Shown: in pieces, positions 20,247-30,403 of the stretch
How the letters are laid out: each line of letters opens with the position of its first letter
Position numbering within the stretch: position 1 is the stretch's first letter
Assembly (NCBI GenBank): GCA_039794085.1
Contig: JBDIWC010000006.1
Coordinates: 32,001 to 96,000 of the forward strand
DNA length: 64,000 nucleotides
Reading direction: 5' to 3'
From: Gemmatimonadales bacterium
GTDB taxonomy: Bacteria; Gemmatimonadota; Gemmatimonadetes; Gemmatimonadales; GWC2-71-9
Program-made: the position numbers and the translations under genes
Notes under the pieces: generated by a model
Database searches by the model: none
The model's input: only the letters and a program-made list of their open reading frames with translations
What the model was told of the DNA's origin: nothing

Positions 20247-23036
20247 ATGTCCGCAAACGTTCGCCTGCTCCTCCTCACCCTGTGCGCCTCGATCGTCGTC
20301 GCGCTTCCGTCACACGCCCAGAGCACCGGCCGCCTGGCCGGTCGGGTGGTCGATGCGGCTCGGGGCACCCCGCTCGCCGGGGCGCTTGTCGAGGTCGTGG
20401 GGCCAAGCCCCGAGGTCAACCGTGCTCTCACGGGAGTGGATGGCCGGTACGTGCTCCTGCACCTCTCCCCGGGAGCCGTCTCCCTCCACATTCGGATGCT
20501 GGGATATCGCCCGAAGGTCGTGACCGACGTGGCGGTGCGGGAAGGGGGCGTTACTACCCAGGACATTACGCTGGACGCGGAGTCGGTCCAGCTGGAGGAC
20601 ATCACGGTTTCCGCCGCCACCGAGCGGGGAAGCGTGGCGAGCGCCTTGAACGAACAGCGGGTCTCGGTCAATGTGGTGAATGCCGTCACGGCGGAGGAGA
20701 TCGCGCGGAGTCCCGACGGGGATGCGGCCACCGCGATGCAACGGGTGAGCGGGGTGTCGGTGCAGGACGGGAGATATGTCTCCGTGCGCGGGATGGGACA
20801 GCGCTACACGGTGGCGTCCTTGAACGGGACTCGCCTCCCCTCGATGGAGCCGGAGCGAAAGGTCGTGCCGCTGGATCTGTACCCCGCGAGCATGATCGAG
20901 GGGATCACCACGGCCAAGACCTTCACCCCCGACCGGTCGGGCGATTTCAGTGGCGGGGAAGTCAACATCGTGACCCGGAGCTTCCCGGCGGAGCGGCGGT
21001 TTTCCGTGAGTGCCGGCAGTGGGGTCAACAGCCGCGCCACGGGCCAGCTGCTCCCGCGAGCCCGTCGAACCGGCCGGGAATGGCTGGCCTTCGGATCGGA
21101 CCAGCGCTCCCTGCCCTCGATCGTGCGCGATGCGGGAAGCTTCAGCACCCAGCCCTCCCAGGAGGCGATCAACCAGATGGTGGGTTCCTTCCGGAACTCC
21201 TGGTCTCCCCGGCGCGATCGGGGGGAGCCGGCCTCCTCCTTCGGTGTGTCCCTGGGGGGCAAGGATCCGGTGTTCGGCCAGGATGTCGGGTACCTCGCCT
21301 CCTTTTCCTACAACCGCACGCATGATATCGACGACGGGCAGATTCGCGCCAACGCCATCGTGGGAGACACGCCGGGCACCCAGCGCGAGGTCGACATGTT
21401 CGAGGGTACCACCGGGCGGGAGAGTGTCCTCTGGGGAGGCATGGTGGCCCTCAGCACGGACGTGGCCCCCGGCTCCCGCCTCTCCCTCAACACGACCTAC
21501 AACCGGTCGGCGGATAGCGAGGGCCGACGGGAAATCGGGGAAAGCGAGAACCTCGGAGGGCGCTTCGAGGTGCTGCGCCAGCGGTATGTCGAGCGCTCGA
21601 CGCTGTCCGGCCAGCTGGGTGGCGAGCACCGATTCGGCCTGCGCCATCAACTCGACTGGAAGGTCACCGCCTCCCGGGTGACCCGGGACGAGCCCGACCG
21701 CAGCGAATTCGTGTTTCAGCTCGACACCGATCCCTTCGGCGGCCCGCTTCCCCCGGCCTGGTTCAGCATCTCCAACGAGGGGGCGGTGCGGACCTTCGCG
21801 GAATTGGCCGAGGAGAGCGTTCAGGCCGCCGTGGACTACCGGGTGGTTTTCGGCCCCCTCGATCGCCCCCATGCGTTCAAGGTGGGCGGTCTCGTTCGCC
21901 GGACCACCCGGGATGCCGACAACCGGGTCTTCAGTCTGTCCGCTTCCCTGGACCGCGCCAGTCGCGAGCTCTCGCCCGAGGAGATCTTCGACGGACGGTT
22001 TTCCCAGCCGGGAAGCTCCGTGTTCCGTATCACTCCGCTGAGTCAGGGTGGATCCTACTCCGCCGAGGATGATCTCTTCGCCGGTTATGCCATGGTTCAG
22101 CTCTTCCCCTCCGAACGGGTGGAGATCGTGGGCGGGGCTCGTTTCGAGCGTTCCGAAGTGTCCGTGACGACACAGCCGACGGTCGGCGAAAATGTCACGA
22201 CCCGTCCCACCTTCACGGACGTGCTCCCCGGGGTTGCCGTGAACATCAGTCTCAACGACCGCCAGGTGCTGCGCCTCGCGGGATCACAGACCCTTTCCCG
22301 CCCCGAATACCGGGAATTGGCACCGGTTCAATTCCGGGAGGTTCTGGGAGGGGACAACATCCTGGGCAACCCCGATCTCGTCCGGACCCTGATCCGGAAT
22401 GCCGATATCCGGTGGGAGTTCTATCCCCGGCCGACGGAGGTGATCAGCATCGCGGCCTTCGGCAAGTGGTTCGACGACCCCATCGAGCAGGTCTTCCTCG
22501 GCACGTCCGGGACCCGGCTCATCAGCTTCCTGAATGCGGAATCGGGCCGGAACTTCGGGGTGGAGCTCGAACTGAGGAAGAATCTCGATCTCCTGGGTGA
22601 GTCCTTCCGCCCCTGGTCGTTCTTCGGCAACGCGACGTTCATGAACAGCCGGGTGACGGTGGCGGGGAACCAGGGTCTGGCCGCGTTGCTCAACGACGAC
22701 CGGGCGATGGTGGGTCAGGCCCCCTACGTGGTCAATGCCGGCCTGACGTGGACATCCCCCTCGTCGCAGTGGGCGGGATCGGTTCTGTACAACGTCGTGG
22801 GTCGCCGCATCTTCAGTGTCGGAGAGAGCCCCCTTCCCAACGTGTTCGAGGAAGCCCGCAACGTGGTGGATGTGTCCCTTCGCTTCCCGATGCCGGGGGC
22901 CCTGAGCGGCCGGATCGACGCGAAGAACCTGCTCGATGCCTCGGCCCAGCTCACCCAGGGGTCCGTAACCAAGCAGTTCAGCCGGAGCGGGCGCCAGTTC
23001 TCGGTGGGGTTCAGCTGGGTTCCCTCCGGCTCGTGA
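20247..23036 (+). CDS. TonB-dependent receptor with N-terminal carboxypeptidase-regulatory-like domain
   Basis: Signal peptide, GRVVD..G.PL.GA, plug (RVSGVSVQDGRYVSVRG), barrel with RPEYREL, GNPDL and KNLLD, and a C-terminal aromatic strand. Confidence 0.95.
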   Translation: MSANVRLLLLTLCASIVVALPSHAQSTGRLAGRVVDAARGTPLAGALVEVVGPSPEVNRALTGVDGRYVLLHLSPGAVSLHIRMLGYRPKVVTDVAVREGGVTTQDITLDAESVQLEDITVSAATERGSVASALNEQRVSVNVVNAVTAEEIARSPDGDAATAMQRVSGVSVQDGRYVSVRGMGQRYTVASLNGTRLPSMEPERKVVPLDLYPASMIEGITTAKTFTPDRSGDFSGGEVNIVTRSFPAERRFSVSAGSGVNSRATGQLLPRARRTGREWLAFGSDQRSLPSIVRDAGSFSTQPSQEAINQMVGSFRNSWSPRRDRGEPASSFGVSLGGKDPVFGQDVGYLASFSYNRTHDIDDGQIRANAIVGDTPGTQREVDMFEGTTGRESVLWGGMVALSTDVAPGSRLSLNTTYNRSADSEGRREIGESENLGGRFEVLRQRYVERSTLSGQLGGEHRFGLRHQLDWKVTASRVTRDEPDRSEFVFQLDTDPFGGPLPPAWFSISNEGAVRTFAELAEESVQAAVDYRVVFGPLDRPHAFKVGGLVRRTTRDADNRVFSLSASLDRASRELSPEEIFDGRFSQPGSSVFRITPLSQGGSYSAEDDLFAGYAMVQLFPSERVEIVGGARFERSEVSVTTQPTVGENVTTRPTFTDVLPGVAVNISLNDRQVLRLAGSQTLSRPEYRELAPVQFREVLGGDNILGNPDLVRTLIRNADIRWEFYPRPTEVISIAAFGKWFDDPIEQVFLGTSGTRLISFLNAESGRNFGVELELRKNLDLLGESFRPWSFFGNATFMNSRVTVAGNQGLAALLNDDRAMVGQAPYVVNAGLTWTSPSSQWAGSVLYNVVGRRIFSVGESPLPNVFEEARNVVDVSLRFPMPGALSGRIDAKNLLDASAQLTQGSVTKQFSRSGRQFSVGFSWVPSGS

Positions 23037-23171
23037 CCGAGCTGTGACAGGAGCGACGCCGGGGTGTCGCCCGGGGTGCCGAGGTTTCGGGTGCCTCGGG
23101 CGACGTGTCCTGAGGCCGGGAAGCCCGCGACGCACCCGTTCACCGACTTCAGCTCAAAGGACCCTGGGACA

Positions 23172-24887
23172 ATGTTGCAGACCCTCTTCCGCACGACCCG
23201 CTGGATCCCCGCCGGCCTGGTGGTCCTGGTGGCCGCCTGCAGTGACGATGACGGACCGGGGACCAACCCGACACCTCCCCCCCCCGCGATTCCTCTCGTG
23301 GCCCCCGCCGGAGTGAACGCCACCGCGGCGTCGGCCACCGCGATCACCGTCTCGTTCACTCCCTCAGCGGGCGCCACGACCCACCGGGTTGAGCGGGCCC
23401 AGGGCGCAGGTGGCACCTTTTCGCAGGCGGGCACGACCACAGCCAGCCCCTTCAACGACACGGGGCTGACTCCCTCCACCCTGTATCGCTACCGGGTTGT
23501 GGCTGTGCGGGGCACCGAAGAGGCCGCGTCCGGTGAGGTGCAGGCCACCACCCAGGCACTGCAGCCGGGCTCGAGCGTCGTGGAGGTCTCGTCCGACATC
23601 ACCACCAACACGACGTGGACGGCCAACAACACCTACCTCTTGAAGGGGTTCATTCACGTGGCCAACGGCGCCACCCTCACGATTGAGCCGGGCACGGTCA
23701 TTCAGGGCGACTTCAACACCCTGGGATCCTCGTTGTTTGTCTTGCGCGGATCGAAGATCATCGCCAACGGCACGGCGGCTCAGCCCATCGTCTTCACGAG
23801 CTCGCAGCCGGTGGGGCAGCGGCAGGCCGGAGACTGGGGGGGATTGATCCTTGTGGGGAACGGGATCATCAATCGCGCCGCCCCGGTCATTCTCGAAGGG
23901 ACGGGAACCAATGCCAGCAACTTTGCGATCGACTATGCGGGAGGGACTGACAACACGGACAACAGCGGAAGCCTCCGCTTCGTGCGGGTGGAATTCGCCG
24001 GATTCGGACCCGCGCCGGACGCCGAGCTCAACACCTTCACCTTCGCCGCGGTCGGATCAGGTACGGTACTGGAGAATCTTCAGTCTCTGAACGGTCTGGA
24101 TGATTCATTTGAGTGGTTCGGTGGCGCGGTCGACGGGAAGAACCTGGTGAGTTACAACTCCGGTGATGACCACTTCGACATGTCCGAGGGGTACGTGGGC
24201 CGTCTCCAGTTCCTGATCGCGTATCAGAGCCGCACGGTAGTGCCCCGGCCCACGGCGGGGAACATCTCCGGCGATCCCCAAGGATTTGAGAACGACGGGT
24301 GCGCCGGGGCGAACTGCACCAATGGCCAGAACTCACTCCCACTGAACGCTCCCCTGGTGGCGAACTTCACCCTGGTCGGTCCTCCGAGCACGGTCACCAG
24401 TTCCTCGGGCGGGATCGGCATGATGCTCCGCCGCGGGACGGCAGGAGTCTACATCAACGGGGTCACCGCCCGCTGGAGCCGGGCCGGGATCAGTCTCCGG
24501 GATCAGAGCACACTGGATCGCATCACCTCGGGCGAGCTTCGGGTGTCGAACGTGGCCGTGGCCGAATCCCCGGTTATCTTCCAGCCCCAGACGGGTACGA
24601 CGGTGCAGGGCACGGTGAACACCGGCACCAACAGCATTCAGGACCTTCTGGCGACCCCGGCGGGAACGCTGTTCACCGCCTTGCCCGGCTCGGAACCGGC
24701 GGGACCGGCCGACCTCGACTGGAGTCCGTCCGCGGGGAGCCCCCTCACGACCGGCGGTCTCTCCATCTTCACGGGTCCCCTCGCCACCAAGGCCGGGACG
24801 TTCGTTCAGCCGACGGCCTACCGGGGCGCCGCGGGTCCGGGCCTGCCGAAGTGGTGGTCGGGATGGACCAACTTCGCGGTCAATTGA
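23172..24887 (+). CDS. Lipoprotein with FN3 domain and right-handed beta-helix, partner of the TonB receptor
   Basis: Lipobox LVAAC, FN3 (GLTPSTLYRYRVVA), then TLTIEPG, PIVFTS, GDWGGL, DNSGSLRFVRVEFAG and DDSFEWFGG. Confidence 0.85.
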   Translation: MLQTLFRTTRWIPAGLVVLVAACSDDDGPGTNPTPPPPAIPLVAPAGVNATAASATAITVSFTPSAGATTHRVERAQGAGGTFSQAGTTTASPFNDTGLTPSTLYRYRVVAVRGTEEAASGEVQATTQALQPGSSVVEVSSDITTNTTWTANNTYLLKGFIHVANGATLTIEPGTVIQGDFNTLGSSLFVLRGSKIIANGTAAQPIVFTSSQPVGQRQAGDWGGLILVGNGIINRAAPVILEGTGTNASNFAIDYAGGTDNTDNSGSLRFVRVEFAGFGPAPDAELNTFTFAAVGSGTVLENLQSLNGLDDSFEWFGGAVDGKNLVSYNSGDDHFDMSEGYVGRLQFLIAYQSRTVVPRPTAGNISGDPQGFENDGCAGANCTNGQNSLPLNAPLVANFTLVGPPSTVTSSSGGIGMMLRRGTAGVYINGVTARWSRAGISLRDQSTLDRITSGELRVSNVAVAESPVIFQPQTGTTVQGTVNTGTNSIQDLLATPAGTLFTALPGSEPAGPADLDWSPSAGSPLTTGGLSIFTGPLATKAGTFVQPTAYRGAAGPGLPKWWSGWTNFAVN

Positions 24888-24907
24888 GACTTTCCGTTCC
24901 CTCATCC

Positions 24908-25579
24908 GTGCTGCCGGTGTCTCCCTCGGGGGGCACCGGCAGTACCGTCGGGGTCCCGGACCTGCGGCATGCACGAGCTGCCCTGTGGGCCCTGTTTCTG
25001 ATGGCGGGCTGCCACTCGGCTCCGCAGGCGAGGCTGGAGGAGGAGGCACTGGCAGCCGAAGCCACCCCCACGACCACTCGGATCGTGGACAGCATCCTTC
25101 CTCTCGAGGAGGAGATTCGGCGGTTCACCAACACCTCGCCCCCTCTTCTTCACTTGTCCAATGGAGCCCCCAGCCGAGAGGAGCTCGTGGAGCAGTGGGT
25201 GGCCGCCATTGAAACGCGGGACTCGGCGGCCCTGGGCCGGCTGCACGTCACTCCGGGCGAATTCATCGGTCTCTATTATCCGAACTCCGTCTACACCTCA
25301 CCCCCCTATCGGCAGAGTCCCTCTCTGGTCTGGTTCCGCATGGTCAACTCGTCGAGTCGGGGTTCCACGAGAGTGATGCAGCGCCATGGGGGTCACCCCT
25401 TCCCTCTCCGCGGACTCCGGTGCGAGGAAGCCCCGATGCCCCGCGGCCCCATCCGGGTCTGGTCCCCCTGCCTGGTTCAACGAGAAGGGGATTCCACGGC
25501 GCCGGACCAGCGCCTCTTTGGTCCGATCCTCGAGCACGAGGGCCGATTCAAGTTCCTGACCTACGACTCGGAGTACTGA
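24908..25579 (+). CDS. Hypothetical lipoprotein (start uncertain)
   Basis: Lipobox-like LMAGC followed by a globular region ending FKFLTYDSEY. A long hairpin at 24908-24945 overlaps the candidate GTG. Confidence 0.6.
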   Translation: MLPVSPSGGTGSTVGVPDLRHARAALWALFLMAGCHSAPQARLEEEALAAEATPTTTRIVDSILPLEEEIRRFTNTSPPLLHLSNGAPSREELVEQWVAAIETRDSAALGRLHVTPGEFIGLYYPNSVYTSPPYRQSPSLVWFRMVNSSSRGSTRVMQRHGGHPFPLRGLRCEEAPMPRGPIRVWSPCLVQREGDSTAPDQRLFGPILEHEGRFKFLTYDSEY

Positions 25580-26271
25580 GCAGGAACGGAGGACGCCCTC
25601 CCCTCGGAACCCTCCTTGCGCACGACCCAAGTGGTCATGCTCCGCAGCTGGTCGACGAGAGTGGTCTTGAGGGGGTCGAGGAGACACCCCCCGAGAGCGG
25701 CAGTCGTGTCGTGCAGGAAGGGTGCGTCGACCAGAAAGCGAGTGGATCCATCCGGGAGGCGAAACCAGCGACCTCCCAGCGGATCGAGCTGGTCCTGCAT
25801 CCCGATCGTCGAAGCCAGTCGGCAGAACAGCATCCCTCCCGGCCGCAGGACCCGCCAGAGCTCCCGGACCGCGCGGTGGAAGGCGTCCTCGTCCGGGGAG
25901 AAGTGCAGGAGCGCGTTCGCGATCACGACGTCGAACCTGTCAGCTGGAAACGGGATTGCCTCGATGGAGGCGAGTTGGAAGTTGTCGGGGGACAGGGATG
26001 GCGCGTGCCTTGCCGCCAGGGCCCGAACCACCCGCACGGATTCCTCCGATGTGTCCACGCCCCAGGCGACGTATCCCGCTCTCAGGAAGTATTCCAGGTT
26101 GCGCCCCGTGCCCATCCCCGCGTCGAGCAGGCTCATGCCCGGCGTGATCCGCCCCCGCAGCAGCTGGTCGAGGAGGTAGATGTCGACGCCCCCCAGGGTG
26201 GAGAGCCATCCCCCTGGATCGGGATGGACCGGATTTCCCCCCGACGCGGGGGCGCTATCCCTTCCTGGCAT
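25561..26271 (-). CDS. Class I SAM-dependent methyltransferase
   Basis: LLDAGMGTGRN, FDVVIANALLHF and RVLRPGG. Confidence 0.9.
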   Translation of the reverse strand: MPGRDSAPASGGNPVHPDPGGWLSTLGGVDIYLLDQLLRGRITPGMSLLDAGMGTGRNLEYFLRAGYVAWGVDTSEESVRVVRALAARHAPSLSPDNFQLASIEAIPFPADRFDVVIANALLHFSPDEDAFHRAVRELWRVLRPGGMLFCRLASTIGMQDQLDPLGGRWFRLPDGSTRFLVDAPFLHDTTAALGGCLLDPLKTTLVDQLRSMTTWVVRKEGSEGRASSVPAQYSES

Positions 26272-27172
26272 GCGAGTCCGCCTGATGTCCGGTGACCGGA
26301 GGAACCCCGACGAGTTCGACCGTCGTGGACCCGAGCTGCACCCGACCCGCCGTGTTATCGATCGCGTTCAGCACGGCCTCGTACAACTGATCCTTAGTCC
26401 CGCGGCGACTGCGGTAGTCGACGGGGTACCGGATCGTGTAGGACAACCAATTGTCGGTGGCCACCAGAGTCACGAAGGGGATCAGCCGCGCCGGTTCAAT
26501 CCGATACCGCATGACCAACTCGGCCCAGGCGCCCGCAGCCGACTCAGCATAGGCCCCCGTCACCGCACTCGCCGTCTCCTCCAGGATACTCCTGGCAAGC
26601 ACACGATCCGAACGATAGCTGATGGGCAGAACAATCTCGTCCCAGAGAAAGGGAAAATCCGCGCTGTAGTTGAAGACAGGCTCCTTGAACACGAAGCTGT
26701 TGGCGACCCGCACGATCCGCCCGTTGTACAGATCGCCATCGACCCAATCCCCGCACTCCATGAGCGTGGTGCGAAGGATTCCAATGTCGATGACGTCCCC
26801 CCGGATGCCCCCGAGCCGGACGCGATCCCCCACGCGGAAGAAACCACCCGCCAGCACGGCCACCCACCCCGCCACACTCGCAATCACCTCTTGCAGGGCA
26901 AAGGCCACACCAGCCCCGGCCACCCCAAATGCGACGGTCAGTCCTCCCAATCGATCACTGAGCCCCTCGGCGATGTAGATGGCTGCCACCGTATACCCAA
27001 GAAGGATCACGAGCTTTCTGGTTCGATATCGTCCGTCCACGTCCTGGATTCGCGGGGTCAGGCGGCGAGTGACCACCCACACGGCGGCGTAGATGACAAC
27101 CAGGCCGATCAGGATGCGCAGCAGTCGCAGGCTCAGCGGATTGGTCAGCCAGGGGGGCAACCCATCAAGCAT
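26255..27172 (-). CDS. Small-conductance mechanosensitive channel (MscS family)
   Basis: Three TMs, GAGVAFALQE, FRVGDRVRLGGIRGDVIDIGILRT and VFNYS. Confidence 0.93.
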   Translation of the reverse strand: MLDGLPPWLTNPLSLRLLRILIGLVVIYAAVWVVTRRLTPRIQDVDGRYRTRKLVILLGYTVAAIYIAEGLSDRLGGLTVAFGVAGAGVAFALQEVIASVAGWVAVLAGGFFRVGDRVRLGGIRGDVIDIGILRTTLMECGDWVDGDLYNGRIVRVANSFVFKEPVFNYSADFPFLWDEIVLPISYRSDRVLARSILEETASAVTGAYAESAAGAWAELVMRYRIEPARLIPFVTLVATDNWLSYTIRYPVDYRSRRGTKDQLYEAVLNAIDNTAGRVQLGSTTVELVGVPPVTGHQADSHARKG

Positions 27173-27181
27173 CAGGAAACC

Positions 27182-30100
27182 TCATGCCATTCCCCGCGGC
27201 AGGAGGTTTGCCGCCTGAATCCGATCCAGAACGACGTGACGCATCACGGAGCGAACCCGATAGGCCACTCCCGGGACCACGCGGACCCCGGCCTCGGCAC
27301 GGAGAGTGTCGGTTGCATCCTCGGCCAGGTGGGGCTCCAGCAGGCGCAAGGCCAGAAGATGTTCCAGTGCCTGCCGGGCTCGCTCCTCGCTGAGGCGGAA
27401 GATGGCCGCGTGCTCGGCCACCGTCAGCGTCGCGTGCATGAGCAGCGCCCGGAGGGTCATCGTACTCACCAGGGGGAGGGAGTCGAGAAAGCGATAGTCG
27501 AGCCGGTCGATCGGCCGGAGCGTCACTCGGCCCCCCGGCTGCCCCTCTCCGCCTCCTTCCTCAAACCTGGCGGAGCGGAGCCAATACAGAAGGGCCTGCC
27601 CGATGTCCCCTTCGGTGGCCCGGGCCATCCGATCGATGTAGAGCGAGCGCAGAAGACGATCACGGGCCTCCGCCGTTCGCACCCGGGCCAGTCTCTGCCG
27701 CAGAAGGAACCCCGGGAGGTCGGGAGGAAGCACCTGAAGCGCGAGTCCGCTCCATTCATGGCGTGTCAGGAGGGCTTGTTCCAATTCTCTCCGGCCCAGG
27801 GGATCGAGGTGAATGTGGCGAAACGCACGCAACGCCTCGGCGAGTTCGGCACGCACCACCGGCCCCGCCACACCATTGATCGACAGGATCCAGTGCACCC
27901 TGCTGTCGGAACGGGTACAGAACCCCAGGAACGCCTCCATCAGCCATGCCCCCTCCGGCACGTGGAGAAAAAGGTACTCGATATCGTCCACGATCACGAC
28001 GCCACCACTTCGCGGTTCGTCCGAGAGAAGAGCCCTTTCAAGATCCGCGAGCGTGGAGGCACCCGAGTGACCGAGGACCGCGCCGAGAGCTTCCGCGAGG
28101 ACCGCCTCCGAGGACATCCGCGTGGACAGGGTCATCCACCGGACGGGGACACTCTCGATCTCCTCGGACACAACCGAGAGGAAGCTGGTTCGTCCCCCGC
28201 CGGGAAGCGCCTCGACGAGGACAGATCCGGCGGGGTGACCCCGGCCCCACCGGCTGATGTGATCTCCGACCAGTTCCAGCGGCGCATCCCTCCCGGCGAG
28301 AAGTTGCCGTCGTTCGAGGGGGCCCTCCCCGAAGAGGCGGCGGTACACCATGGGGAAGGTGGCCCGGTGTGCGGCCACCTCCTCCAGCGAATCGACGGTG
28401 GACAGCCATTGCGCCTCGGTGGGCCGGGCCACACCGACCGCCGCCTGTCCCCGCGAGAGCAACTGGCGGACTCGGGCGACGACCGCCACCATCCGTGGCT
28501 GCAGATCGTCCCATGCATGCCGAGCGGCATGCCGCCCGAGGTACCATCGACGCTGAATGGCCCGCACGGCTGACGCCCCGAGGCCCTGCCAGGATCGTTG
28601 GTTGGCCGCGGCCCGGTTCACGCGTCGCTGGAAGTCGGTCCAATCCTCATGGAGGGCCTCCCAGACAGACCGGGCGAGATCCCCCCAAGCCGGCTGCAGA
28701 CCCTCCACCGCGCGGGTCATGGTGTCGGTGGCTCGGGCCAGGCCGTCGCAGGCCACCGTGAGGGCACGGGTCGAGGGGCCTTCCTCTCCTTCACCGGGGG
28801 AGTCGTCGGGACCCTCCCGGAGAGCCTCCCGAGCCGCATCCAGCGCATACTCGACGATGTGAGGCACCTGGTGGACCATCGCCCAGGCCTTGATGACCCG
28901 CTCCCGGTACCGGGGAACGGCACGACCCAATACCACCGGGAGGGGGGGCTGGAAGGCTTCGCGGGCGGCATCCCGGGGGCTCCAGGGCACCGGCAGCGCC
29001 GCGGGATCGATGTCCCCGGATCCCGCCGCGAGGGTCGTGGGAAGGACTTCGTCAGGGAGCTGGGCGATCAGCGCCTCGATCTGCCGAGCTTCGCGAGACC
29101 CCAGATGATCGAGGGCCTTTTCCGCCCGGCTGACACCGGCCAGATCAATCAGCCGTTCGGTTTCCTCCGCCTGAGCCGCTGCCTGCGCGAGTGCCTGTTT
29201 CAGTACTCCCTCCGCCTCCGGGTCTGGTTCGGACAATCGGCTCCGCACGTTCCGGAGTTCGTCTGCCAGCCGATCCACCACCTCCGCCAGGGGTTGGAGG
29301 GTCTGGCCCCGCAGCCGGGTGAGCAACTGGTTCTCGAGTTCAGTGATTTCACGCCGAAAGCGCACTCGGGCCATCAGGGCCCGGAGTTCCCTCTCCCCGC
29401 GGGTGGCCCACTGATCCCATTCCCGACCCCGGATCTCCAGGCGGTCGCCCCAGACAGGGGGCCGGTCACCGGGACGCCAGGCGCGAGGAAGGAGGGGTGT
29501 ACCGGCCAGGAGCAGCGACCGACGGAAGATCTCCGCGGCGTCCGTGGTGGACAGGGCCGGCGGGGGCGCCACGGCAGCCAGATCTTGCAGGGTCCGATGG
29601 AACTGCGCGATCGCCTCCCGTGTCTCCGCCGACTCCATGTCGGGAATCACCCGGTCCTCCTCCGCCCCGGGAGTGCCCTCGGGAAGATGGAGGCCAGGCG
29701 TGTCGTGGGCCTGGTCGAGGAGGAGAACCGCCTCCATCAGGGTGGTGGCCGCACGCACCATCTGAACCCAGGGCCGTCCCCACAGCACCTGCATCTCTTC
29801 GTGACGCAAAAAGTGCCGGGCGCCGAGCCGCTCGTCGACATGCGCGTGCCAGTAGCCTCGGATGTCGACATCCCGCTGGCACTCACCCTCCGGCGTCCGC
29901 CCCCACAGGCCTCGCAGGGCGTTGGCCATGGTGCCCAGCCGACGGCGGATCCGGACTCCCCGCTTGAGCCACCGTACTCTCGGGGGGTCATCGGGGAGCG
30001 GGTCGTAAAACTCCGGGGGATCACAGGCCGCCAGAACCGCGGAGTGCACGGAGGCCGCTTCCCGGAGCGACCGACGGAGGTCCCGCAGGGAGGTCCGGAT

Positions 30101-30403
30101 CCGGTCGGCCGGCCGAGTGTGCTCCATGACCTCACGCAGCGGGTCCAGGGTCCCGTCGATCACCGCGTCACGATAGGCCACGACGCCACGCCAGGTCATC
30201 GGGCCGGACTCGAGGAGGATCCGGCTCGCCGTCTCATGAGCCATGGTGGCCGATCGTGCGGCCGTGGCCAGGGCCTGAATGACCCGGGTCTCCAGCATCG
30301 CCTCCCACTCCGCCGTTTCCCGGTCGGCCCGGTCGAGGAGGGCATCTCCGAGTGCGCCGACCTCGTCGTCCGACAGGAGCGTGGTCTCGGAGTCCGTTGT
30401 CAT
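27182..30403 (-). CDS. Large hypothetical protein: helical N-terminus, AAA+/P-loop-like domain and C-terminal winged helix
   Basis: LAGRD, Walker A-like ALPGGGRTS, Walker B-like VVIVDD, and a C-terminal LTVAEHAAIFRLSEERARQALEHL wHTH-like segment. ATGA overlap with the upstream MscS. Confidence 0.7.
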   Translation of the reverse strand: MTTDSETTLLSDDEVGALGDALLDRADRETAEWEAMLETRVIQALATAARSATMAHETASRILLESGPMTWRGVVAYRDAVIDGTLDPLREVMEHTRPADRIRTSLRDLRRSLREAASVHSAVLAACDPPEFYDPLPDDPPRVRWLKRGVRIRRRLGTMANALRGLWGRTPEGECQRDVDIRGYWHAHVDERLGARHFLRHEEMQVLWGRPWVQMVRAATTLMEAVLLLDQAHDTPGLHLPEGTPGAEEDRVIPDMESAETREAIAQFHRTLQDLAAVAPPPALSTTDAAEIFRRSLLLAGTPLLPRAWRPGDRPPVWGDRLEIRGREWDQWATRGERELRALMARVRFRREITELENQLLTRLRGQTLQPLAEVVDRLADELRNVRSRLSEPDPEAEGVLKQALAQAAAQAEETERLIDLAGVSRAEKALDHLGSREARQIEALIAQLPDEVLPTTLAAGSGDIDPAALPVPWSPRDAAREAFQPPLPVVLGRAVPRYRERVIKAWAMVHQVPHIVEYALDAAREALREGPDDSPGEGEEGPSTRALTVACDGLARATDTMTRAVEGLQPAWGDLARSVWEALHEDWTDFQRRVNRAAANQRSWQGLGASAVRAIQRRWYLGRHAARHAWDDLQPRMVAVVARVRQLLSRGQAAVGVARPTEAQWLSTVDSLEEVAAHRATFPMVYRRLFGEGPLERRQLLAGRDAPLELVGDHISRWGRGHPAGSVLVEALPGGGRTSFLSVVSEEIESVPVRWMTLSTRMSSEAVLAEALGAVLGHSGASTLADLERALLSDEPRSGGVVIVDDIEYLFLHVPEGAWLMEAFLGFCTRSDSRVHWILSINGVAGPVVRAELAEALRAFRHIHLDPLGRRELEQALLTRHEWSGLALQVLPPDLPGFLLRQRLARVRTAEARDRLLRSLYIDRMARATEGDIGQALLYWLRSARFEEGGGEGQPGGRVTLRPIDRLDYRFLDSLPLVSTMTLRALLMHATLTVAEHAAIFRLSEERARQALEHLLALRLLEPHLAEDATDTLRAEAGVRVVPGVAYRVRSVMRHVVLDRIQAANLLPRGMA

